Shown: positions 1 through 33,035 of the stretch, one piece after another
Numbering within the stretch: position 1 is the stretch's first letter
How the letters are laid out: each line of letters begins with the position of its first letter
Assembly (NCBI GenBank): GCA_030141605.1
Contig: JAQGDQ010001598.1
Span: 1 to 33,035, forward strand
Direction: 5' to 3'
From: Tubiluchus corallicola
Taxonomy: Eukaryota; Animalia; Priapulida
Length of the DNA: 33,035 nt
Made by a program: the position numbers and the translations under genes
Notes under the pieces: generated by a model
Told to the model about the DNA's origin: nothing
The model's input: only the letters and a program-made list of their open reading frames with translations
Databases searched by the model: none

Positions 1-205
1 ATAACTGTGCATTTGTATAATGCATAGCTTGGAAAAAAAATTACACAGCATAGTATTAAGATGTAAATGTCACAAGCACTTCCATGGAATAATCGTAACA
101 GTATTGACATACTGGGCACACAAATCATGTTGATTGTGAATAAAAAATTCTGCTTCTTAAAGGGTTCTCGTTGCGGTCTAGATGATACTCTATTTTGTTT
201 GACAG

Positions 206-232
206 TCCTTGTATCGCTGCATAGTCTTGTCC
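206..232 (+). CDS. TFCP2: Putative 27-nt micro-exon of TFCP2-like gene (SLYRCIVLS)
   Basis: Pyrimidine-rich tract + CAG at 203-205, GTAAGT at 233, phase 0-0. Peptide resembles the PSYE(T/C)TILT segment that follows the CP2 DNA-binding domain. Confidence 0.5.
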
Positions 233-3200
233 GTAAGTTAACAATCCAAACAGGTTTGTGTCTTTCGTAAAACAGTAAAGCAGGAGAGAGACTCATTATT
301 GTTTATTTAATGCTTGTTTAGAATTTAAAACAGTAATGCAGGAGAGAGGCTTATTATTGGTTAATTAATGCTTGTTTAGAATTTAAAACAGTAATGCAGG
401 AGAGAGGCTTATTATTGGTTAATTAATGCTTGTTTAGAATTTAAAACAGTAATGCAGGAGAGAGGCTTATTATTGGTTAATTAATGCTTGTTTAGAATTT
501 AAAACAGTAATGCAGGAGAGAGGCTTATTATTGGTTATTTAACGCTTGTTTAGAATTTAAAACAGTAATGCAGGAGAGAGGCTTATTATTGGTTAATTAA
601 CGCTTGTTTAGAATTTAAAACAGTAATGCAGGAGAGAGGCTTATTATTGGTTATTTAACGCTTGTTTAGAATTTAAAACAGTAATGCAGGAGAGATGCTT
701 ATTATTGGTTATTTAATGCTTGTTTAGAATTTAAAACAGTAATGCAGGAGAGAGGCTTATTATTGGTTATTTAATGCTTGTTTAGAATTTAAAACATTAA
801 TGCAGGAGAGAGGCTTATTATTGGTTATTTAATGCTTGTTTAGAATTTAAAACATTAATGCAGGAGAGAGGCTTATTATTGGTTATTTAATGCTTGTTTA
901 GAATTTAAAACAGTAATGCAGGAGAGAGGCTTATTATTGGTTATTTAATGCTTGTTTAGAATTTAAAACAGTAATGCAGGAGAGAGGCTTATTATTGCTT
1001 ATTTAATGATTGTTTAGAATTTAAAACAGTAATGCAGGAGAGAGGCTTATTATTGGTTATTTAATGCTTGTTTAGAATTTAAAACATTAATGCAGGAGAG
1101 AGGCTTATTATTGGTTATTCAATGCTTGCTTAGAATTTAAAACAGTAATGCAAGAGAGAGGCTTATTATTGGTCATCTAATGCTTGTTTAGAATTTTGCA
1201 TGCAACATTGATTGTACATTAGTTCAGTAGTTAAAATCAAATCTATTTTCTTTAGAGTTTGGCAATCTGCAAACCGGGCAGTTGCCTAACGTTCAACAGC
1301 AGCCCTTTAACTAACAAGAATAAGCATGTAAGATGACACTGACCTGACAGAGGTGAAGCCATGTTTTGCATTGTACCTACAAGCATCCTTCTCCACCCCA
1401 GTGGGAAAAACAGAAGAAGATAGTGTGGCTGATTAAACGGAGCAGAGTCAGTTTTCCTAGTGGTTACTCATTGTTTCATTCACCAGGCTTGATTTACGTG
1501 AACACCAATCGGCCATTTCCTCATCCCGGGGGAACCTTCCTAATGCGAAATTATTTGTGGATTCTGTTTTTTGTCATTTTCAGCAGTTGTCGCCTAACTG
1601 TTCGGCCGACGTGGCATGCCAGTGGTTGAAAGCGAATGAGTTTTCAGCGTACGCTAACGTGTTCGCAAATTTCTCAGGTAAATAGCTTCTAGAATGTTCT
1701 GATGGCACAACAGATCACGAAAACTAGAATAAGAGAAGGCCTGGCAAACTAACTGATCTTGTTCAGATTAAAACAACTAGGTAATGGAACTGTTGATAAA
1801 AGCACAACTTCTTGATATGTATGAGTATCAAAAATGCATGTGTTGTATATGTGCTCATCTAAGGCTGTTTTTACACTGGACATTTGCCAAAAAAACCGAA
1901 TTGGGACTCCAACAGTACTCACTTAAATTTTTATCGCTAAGCGGTACTAAAGCATTTTTAAAGCAATTGTAGCACTTGGGGGTGGCGTGGGGGGCTTAAA
2001 ATGTGACTGTGACATCTGCAAAGCAAGTCTTATAAAATTCTACGGTAAAACTCAAGAAGGCAAATCAAGCTAGCACGCTTAACGGTCATTTTGGCTTTTG
2101 GGAAAAGGGATGGGTTGGTCACTTTACCTTTGATAAAGAACACGAAAGCTTCAATAATGTACGCTGAAAGATGATCTGAAAATTTTAAGATGGTATGAGT
2201 TGAATGGTGTGAGTTTACTTGGCATCAGATGTCACATGAAAGCCTCACAAGCCATATGATGGTAACGCTAGACCATTTCCAGTTCTTGAACTGGCAAATG
2301 TACTTCCTTTGATCTTGATGACACTTTGGGTCATTCTACTTGAATGTGACAGTAATGCTCTTCCACAGAGTCAACGATCTTTGCATGTGTTGAAGATGCT
2401 CATCATTACTTGCCTCTTTTAGGAACAGATCTGCTACGCTTGGAAAAAAAAGATCTGATAGAAATATGTGGAATAACGGATGGAATTCGACTATTTCGTG
2501 CACTCAGTCGTACCCAGTGAGTTTTTAATAACTAGTCTGACCTCACAATGAATTTGAATACATGAATTTATTTTTGACTTGCTGTAAATGATACCGAAAC
2601 TATTTTCATCAGAGTACTTTTTGTATTTCAGACAGGTGAAACCTCGCCTGACCCTGTACCTGTGTCAGGAGAACAGTCGTCTCTATCATGCAATCTACCT
2701 GGAGACAATCTCGCTATCAGAACTCAAGGACAAAGTGGCAGATGTATTTGGCATTCAGCAATCGCAGATACGTGAACTGTACTGGAAAGGAGCGTGTGGC
2801 AATGTTGTTAAAATAGAGACGGAGGTGAACAAAATTTTCAAATGATTTTCAAAAGTGTCTAGCCAGGTGTTTCTACTGACGTTGAACAACCACAGAGTGT
2901 CTAGACAGAGTGTTTCTACTGACGCTGAACAATACACATTATTTAGTGTTAGTGATCCATTATCTATGCGTTGGGGGTAAACATCGAAAGTTTGAGTTTG
3001 TATGTTCAAATTGAATTTGAACATTCAAATTTGATACGAATTTGTTTTTTAAAAGGATTTTGATTTCAACCTACAATTATGAATTCAAATAATTCACCTC
3101 TTCTGCTACATTATGTTGTTTATCATTAAAAGCTCGAAACATGTTTTTACTGCAGACTAAAATCAAGCAATATGCATGCTCCTTGCAAGAATGCCTTTTA

Positions 3201-4441
3201 CTGATGATTCGAAAATTTATTCAAAATTATTCAAAACTGAATTCGAATTCGATTCGCTTTCTAGCAGTGGTGGTTCATGTATAGGTGCTGTATTTTCACT
3301 CAATGTTATCAGTAATATTCAGTACAGTAAGTCTTTTTTCTTTAGTTCTTTCTTTATACTTGAACGGAACCAAAGCACATGAGGGGTAGTATTGTTTGCT
3401 TCACAGCCCAGCACAGTGCGCTCCAGTAATGCGAGTGTTCGGCTGTTGTGTACACGCGGCCAAGCGCACATGTCTGGGCGCAAGTAGAGAAAGTACTGCC
3501 CCTCACACAATTTGTTGTTAGTTGTCACATGCTCACTGTGAATGGACCAAGTTTGACCGGTGACAATTTAGGCTATTAGTAAGCAAAAAATATTTTTTTT
3601 GTTTAGGATTTTATCAAGTTTACGTATAAACTTTGAAAGTTCGTTTGTTTGTTTAAAATTACAATGAGCAAAAATAACATTAAAATAATGTATGTTTGTT
3701 CGTTTTACACAGTATTAAAACAATGGCTAAATTTTTTCTGAAGCAGCACCTCCACTAATTTTAGCTACGAGCCACCACTGGCTTCTGACAGAGAGTGCTG
3801 ACTCTTATGCGATCACAGTTACAATATCTGTCTACCTATAAAACTGTTGACGCATTTCGCAGAAGTTGAGACAACATTCTACCTGTATAAAAAATTTTGA
3901 CCAGACGGTTTAGTCTAGTGGTAAAGCGTCTGCTTTCCATCTGGGAGGTAGTGAGTTCGAACCAGTAGCCGGGTCATACCAAAGACTTTAAAAATGGTAC
4001 CTGCTGTTGGTCTGCCTGACGCGAGGTATTTAGGGTAAAAGTGGGGTAATAATAGTCTCTGTTATGTAGTTGTAGGTTGTTATTTACAGTCAGTGATAAT
4101 AGCTCTTTGAGCTAATGTTAATTGTTGACCCAAAAGCCGACTTTAAATAAAGATTATTATTATTATTATTGATGCTGCCTTGATGATGACTCTGCTAATT
4201 TAAAGTAGCAATTGATGAACTTTATCAACACATCATAACTTATTAAAGACAATTGGCTTGATGACTACTACTATTAACGAGTAATGAGTAATGAAAGAGC
4301 AGTATTTCTAATGATCGTTCATTAACTTTTCATCAGGTCATTCACAGTTTCACGGATCAAGAATGTTTTGCGCTGGAGCTGGAGCAATTTGCGGAGAACT
4401 CGTACCGGATCATGCTGGAGTCAGTGAAACACAAAACGTGA
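206..4441 (+). CDS. TFCP2: TFCP2/LSF (CP2/gemini-type) transcription factor, 3' partial multi-exon gene: exons 206-232(?), 1256-1327(?), 1584-1677, 2423-2516, 2632-2824, 4337-4441
   Basis: Spliced translation QLSPNCSADVACQWLKANEFSAYANVFANFSGTDLLRLEKKDLIEICGITDGIRLFRALSRTQQVKPRLTLYLCQE...VIHSFTDQECFALELEQFAENSYRIMLESVKHKT* resembles, from recall, the LSF/TFCP2/UBP1 SAM-like domain (QWL..NRF..F.NFSGADLL.L...D.IQICG..DGIRLFNAL..R.VRPRLTIYVCQE) and C-terminus. GT-AG sites and phases are consistent. Confidence 0.9.
269..1196. repeat. 58-bp minisatellite, 16 copies
   Basis: Unit AAAACAGTAATGCAGGAGAGAGGCTTATTATTGGTTA(A/T)TTAATGCTTGTTTAGAATTT starts at 269, 327 ... 1139. Confidence 0.98.
1256..1327 (+). 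CDS. TFCP2: Putative TFCP2-like linker exon (SLAICKPGSCLTFNSSPLTNKNKH)
   Basis: TTTTCTTTAG acceptor, GTAAGA donor, 72 nt open in phase 0-0; fits the poorly conserved linker before the SAM-like domain. Confidence 0.55.
1584..1677 (+). CDS. TFCP2: TFCP2-like exon, SAM-like domain N-part
   Basis: QLSPNCSADVACQWLKANEFSAYANVFANFS(G); TTTTCAG acceptor, GTAAAT donor, phase 0-1. Confidence 0.9.
2423..2516 (+). CDS. TFCP2: TFCP2-like exon, SAM-like domain C-part
   Basis: (G)TDLLRLEKKDLIEICGITDGIRLFRALSRT; CTTTTAG acceptor, GTGAGT donor, phase 1-2. Confidence 0.92.
2632..2824 (+). CDS. TFCP2: TFCP2-like exon, C-terminal domain
   Basis: QVKPRLTLYLCQENSRLYHAIYLETISLSELKDKVADVFGIQQSQIRELYWKGACGNVVKIETE; TTTCAG acceptor, GTGAAC donor, phase 2-0. 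Confidence 0.92.
2854..2936. repeat. ~42-bp tandem duplication
   Basis: AGTGTCTAG(C/A)CAG..TGTTTCTACTGACG(T/C)TGAACAA occurs twice. Confidence 0.85.
2972..3807 (+). mobile_element. MITE family A copy (hAT-like), interrupted near its right end by a family B element
   Basis: Left end TGGGGGTAAACATCGAAAG and right end GTGCTGACTCTTA resemble the TIR TAGGGGTGAGCAT of the 9942 copy. Internal TTTTACTGCAGA.TAAAATCAAGCAATATGCATG is shared with the 10504 copy. Confidence 0.7.
3265..3780 (+). mobile_element. MITE family B (hAT-like, TIR CAGTGGTGG)
   Basis: Starts CAGTGGTGGTTCATG, ends TACGAGCCACCACTG. A reverse-oriented homologue lies at 19677-20075 and a left-end fragment at 11537. Confidence 0.85.
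3899..4170 (+). mobile_element. tRNA-derived SINE with probable Meta-SINE core domain and (ATT)n tail
   Basis: Pol III A box TAGTCTAGTGG and B box GAGTTCGAACC, then GGGTCATACCAAAGACTTTAAAAATGGTACC (Meta-domain-like, from recall), AATAAA and (ATT)6. Confidence 0.8.
4337..4441 (+). CDS. TFCP2: TFCP2-like terminal coding exon
   Basis: VIHSFTDQECFALELEQFAENSYRIMLESVKHKT*; TTTTCATCAG acceptor; resembles the TFCP2 C-terminal pattern M.QNF.EE.CF...SYHIILK. Confidence 0.88.
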   Translation, partial: VIHSFTDQECFALELEQFAENSYRIMLESVKHKT

Positions 4442-4853
4442 AAAATGATTGAGTTTTGAGTTATAAATTATGCAGAAAAAACTACAATGAAAAGAATGCA
4501 TATTACACATTATATGCATAGTGATTTAAACTTGAATTACTTTTCTGGGAACAGAGATGAATTCAAAACAATGTTTTGTCTAATACAAATTTTAAGCATT
4601 TCTGGCAGTTATTGTAGTTTGTTGTAAGTGACTGTAAATAGTGATGCTTCAAATGCTGGTATTAAGTCACTACCATCGAAACAGCAGCAAGGTAACTTGT
4701 GCAACTGCTGCAATATGTAAATATATGAACTTTGCAAATATAAGTTTTTTGTGGAATAAGATACTGCTGTAATTTTTGTATCATACTCTTCTTCATAAAT
4801 ATATAAATAGTGATATTATTGGTGCTGTAAATGACAATTTAATAGATATAGAC

Positions 4854-5277
4854 CAGGGATGTGCAAATTATCAGACTGCCACAGGCACTTTGATCAAGGA
4901 GCCAAGTACCGAAAGGCCTAATAACGATTTTTTTTGCATCCGACCTGCGTACATCATTACTACTACAGCCAAGAAACTATTTTAGAAGTTATTAAAATTT
5001 ATATTACAAACCATATATTTCTACTTTCAGGACAGATAGTGGTCATTTCATTACAATGCATATTAGTAATGTGTATCACACAGTTTGTGTAGTACAGTGT
5101 CATTAAGCTACAACCGTCTTGTAAGGGTTAATGGCATCCGATCTAGTAGAAAAAACTACCCGCACTATCTTTGGGATCGTGGCACGGACTTCAACTGGAT
5201 TCACTCAATTAATAGCTCGGGCTGCACTTTCATTAGGTTGACAAATCTCTTCGCGGGCCGCAATTTGCACACCCCTG
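4854..5277. mobile_element. Non-autonomous hAT-Charlie-like DNA transposon (424 bp)
   Basis: TIRs CAGGGATGTGCAAATT / AATTTGCACACCCCTG (15/16); perfect 8-bp TSD ATATAGAC at 4846-4853 and 5278-5285; subterminal CGCGGGCCG. Confidence 0.92.
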
Positions 5278-7341
5278 ATATAGACAGTCACAATCTAAAA
5301 TCAGTAACTTAACTATAGATCTGTCATTCATTCTGTTGAAATTAGGAACTTGATATTAGTTATACTGACGATAACCCACACACCCTGAGAGTTTCCAGTT
5401 TTCATACTGAACATTGCAAAATAAATATAGAGCTATAAACATACATTACTGTGCTACTGGTTTCTTTACCACAAATTTATGAATTCGTCATTAATAACGC
5501 AACGTTGGGGCTAAAAATTATGCCACAAAAATTTAATAAACTCATTTCAGTGGTATAGAGGGCTCATTGCCTGAATTTCTCCCCACGAAGTTGTACGTTA
5601 TATTCCACAGACTGGTTATATCAAAGATTAAAAATGGATACCCTTATTTGATTTTCCTTATCAAGCATTTGACATAAAAGAGCAGATAAGGTAATGTTGG
5701 ACTTTGGTACGCACACTGTCACCAATCTTGAATCTTCATCTTGCTGGCTAACCCTCCAGAGTTGGTAGGGATGCTGTATATGGCTGTATATCTAGTAGCA
5801 CTGACTGCATTGCAAAAGTCTCACTTGCCTCAGTTGTTAACATGAAGGAGTACCCATTATTAATTGTATGGTTCTGTGTCATACGATATAATTGATTGGT
5901 TTGACAGCACTCATAACACAATGACTGATGAGAAGAGAGCAGCAAATGGACAAGAAAGTGAAGAAACAGAAGACCCGTGTTGCGTAGGCAATAAAAAAAC
6001 ACCATTCGTGATTTTGATGTGTGCCGATTAAGACTAATTTTGATTTTACAGTATTTTTGTGTATCTCCTCTTCTGTAAGCAGGAATCAAGTACACAATTA
6101 GAGACTCAATGTGGAAAAAGATGGGTGACCATCAGGAAAACTGTTTCAGGGTTTTCAAATGGATCACTGCAGTAGATTTACCTCCCGGAGGGAGAATGCA
6201 TATTTACCTGGAAAGACCCCCATGCCGTCAATTCCATTGTTCCTTTAAGGTTCTTGAAACTTCTTGGGTGGCCTTTTAAACTTCCCACAAAAAAGGGCTA
6301 TACATGACAGTGAATGTGGCAGCATTGCAGAACGTTAAATAAGTATTCTAATGGCTCGTTTTAATGAGCTAACCTTGAACAAAGTTCAATTTCATTATAA
6401 CAAATTAGTCCTGCTGCCACTGAATGCTGGTTTGCACAGTGCAAAACTGTTTAAAAATCGACCTGTGCGAACCGTAACATCATCAGAAGAAATCTCTAAT
6501 AAATGATGATGAATGAGTAAAATATAATAAGTCCTAAATTATTGTGGTATCTCCTACGTATAGGCTTTACCCAACATTATAGCCCATTATTTTGGAAAAA
6601 GTTAGGCAGCGGTAAAAAGTCACTCGTCTCTAGTAGAGTCTCTTATGCACAATTCCCATAATCTCTACCATCCTACCATTGTGTGCTTGTGAGCAAGTAG
6701 TCTAGTACTATTGTAGGCCTATTCCTGAGCATTTATACTGTCATGATGAGGGGTTAAGCGAGTACACTCATAATACTATTAATAGAAACCCAAATTTCGG
6801 GTAGGAAACTTATTTTAAAAAAACCCAGAACCTCGCCGAGTTATGACACAGTGGCACACTATTTATAAACTAACTGATGTAATCATATTAAGTGAAGATT
6901 ATACCAAGCTGACAGCATTTTAAAACTTGTACTTGCAGATTTCAACTGTTCACAGAAATCACGTAAGTTATGATGCAATCAACTTACCAGGTACACTGGA
7001 CAACTCTACAGTTGTTTTTGAAGAAAATTCACGATCGCGAAGGTACCAAAAAGCAATAGAATAATTAAACTTATAACGTATTCATGAAAAAGTGGAAAGT
7101 CTTCGTCTACCGCTCTTGAAAAATATCAGTAACAAAATAATTTTAAACGCACTGTTCATTGCAAAAAATTTACAGTAGAAATAAAATATATTTGCCTACA
7201 GACGGCGCAGCGACAAAATAACGAAATTTTGGTACAGCATCACGTTTTTGTTGTTTGCACGGTTGGACAGGTTCAGGTTGCTGGTTCGGCACACCTTGAT
7301 GATGCAGGTGTATTAATCATTAGTAGCGAATTCAAATTGTA

Positions 7342-31428
<24,087 letters not shown>

Positions 31429-31701
31429 GTAAGCATTTTTTAGATAACTTGGAGCTATTTTTAGCTGTTTTTAAGAAGAAATACAATAGTATAGTAGCAT
31501 CCAATTTTTTCTTTGATTTCTTTCTGCTACCTGTTTCTGTTTTATTCATAACCCCAGTTGCACATGCACCTGTGAGCTGTTTTGGAAAGATGTTTTAATC
31601 TCTATCGTATCTGTTCCTATTTTGTATCCTATCTGTACTGTTTTTTTGCACCCTAATTTGTCTGTGTTTACACTAGCCTGTTTTCAGACATAGCACTATG
31701 A

Positions 31702-33035
31702 TTTACCTATTTTTGTACATTTGTATTTACTAATCTCTGTTACTTACCTATTTTTGCTTATCTATATTTATAAATCTTTATTACTTATTTATTTTTGTGT
31801 ATCTGTATTTACTAATCTTTATTACTTATTTATTTTTGTCTATCTGCATTTGCTAATCTATGTTACTTATTTTTTTTGTTTATCTGTATTAACTAATCTT
31901 TATTATTTATGTATTTTTGTATATCTGTATTTACAAATCTTTATTACTTACGTATTTTTGTGTATCTGTATTTACTAATCTTTATTACTTACGTATTTTT
32001 GTATATCTGTTTTTACTAATCTTTATTACTTACCTGTTTTTGTATGTCTGTAATCTTTATTACTTACGTATTTTTGTTTATTTGTTTTTACTAATCTTTA
32101 TTACGTGTTTTTGTATATCTGTATTTACTAATCTTTATTACTTACATATTTTTGTGTATCTGCGTTTACTAATCTTTATTACTCACGTATTTTTGTGTAT
32201 CTGTATTTACTAATATTTATTACTTACCTGTTTTTGTATGTCTGTAATCTTTATTACTTACATATTTTTGTTTATTTGTTTTTACTAATCTTTATTACGT
32301 GTTTTTGTATATCTGTATTTACTAATCTTTATTACTTACGTATTTTTGTATATCTGTGTTTACTAATCTTTATTACTTACGTATTTTTGTGTATCTGTAT
32401 TTACTAATCTTTATTACTTACCTGTTTTTGTATGTCTGTATTTACTAATCTTTATTACTTATTTATTTTTGTCTATCTGTATTTGCTAATCTATGTTACT
32501 TATTTTTTTTGTTTATCTGTATTAACTAATCTCTATTACTTACCTATTTTTTTATATCTGTATTTACTAATTTTTATTACTTACCTATTTTTGTATATCT
32601 GTGTTTACTAATCTTTATTACTTACGTATTTTTGTGTATCTGTATTTACTAATCTTTATTACTTACATATTTTTGTGTATCTGCATTTACTAATCTTTAT
32701 TACTCACGTATTTTTGTATATCTGTTTTTACTCATCTTTATTACTTACCTGTTTTTGTATGTCTGTAATCTTTATTACTTATGTATTTTTGTATATCTGT
32801 GTTTACTAATCTTTATTACTTACGTATTTTTGTGTATCTGTATTTACTAATCTTTATTACTTACGTGTTTTTGTATATATGTATTTACTAATCTTTATTA
32901 CTTACATATTTTTGTATATCTGTGTTTACTAATCTTTATTATTTACGTATTTTTGTATATCTGTATTTACTAATCTTTATTACTTACATATTTTTGTATA
33001 TCTGTGTTTACTAATCTTTATTACTCACGTATTTT
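31702..33035. repeat. ~41-bp T-rich minisatellite array, runs off the window end
   Basis: Unit TTACTTACGTATTTTTGTGTATCTGTATTTACTAATCTTTA with length and sequence variants. Confidence 0.97.

Noticed and set aside
269-1196. CRISPR-like array
   Set aside because: Units are contiguous with no unique spacers, there are no cas genes, and the context is a eukaryotic intron.
31721-32407. Hydrophobic membrane-protein-like ORFs
   Set aside because: Translations of the T-rich 41-bp minisatellite.

Overview
AT-rich metazoan genomic DNA, probably a lophotrochozoan invertebrate judging by the 5S-type sequence and repeat content. It is not prokaryotic, and most ORF-track entries are intronic noise or partial exons. 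Two intron-rich genes lie in tandem on the + strand. (1) The 3' part of a TFCP2/LSF (CP2/gemini) transcription factor gene, with SAM-like and C-terminal exons and a stop at 4439-4441. (2) The 5' ~16 exons of a Neurexin-IV/CASPR (CNTNAP) gene from ATG 7342: signal peptide, F5/8-C discoidin, LamG, LamG, EGF, fibrinogen-like, LamG; it runs off the window end. All Nrx-IV exons were spliced by hand with GT-AG boundaries and consistent phases. Introns hold many non-autonomous hAT-type elements (Charlie-like and Blackjack-like with perfect 8-bp TSDs, plus two multi-copy MITE families), a tRNA-derived SINE, a full-length 5S rRNA-headed SINE with an RTE-like body, LINE 3' fragments, minisatellites and microsatellites. 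I found no clear new biological system. The best leads are the 5S/RTE chimeric SINE, inverted MITE copies around Nrx-IV exon 4, and repeat-borne nuclear-receptor and CTCF-like motifs.
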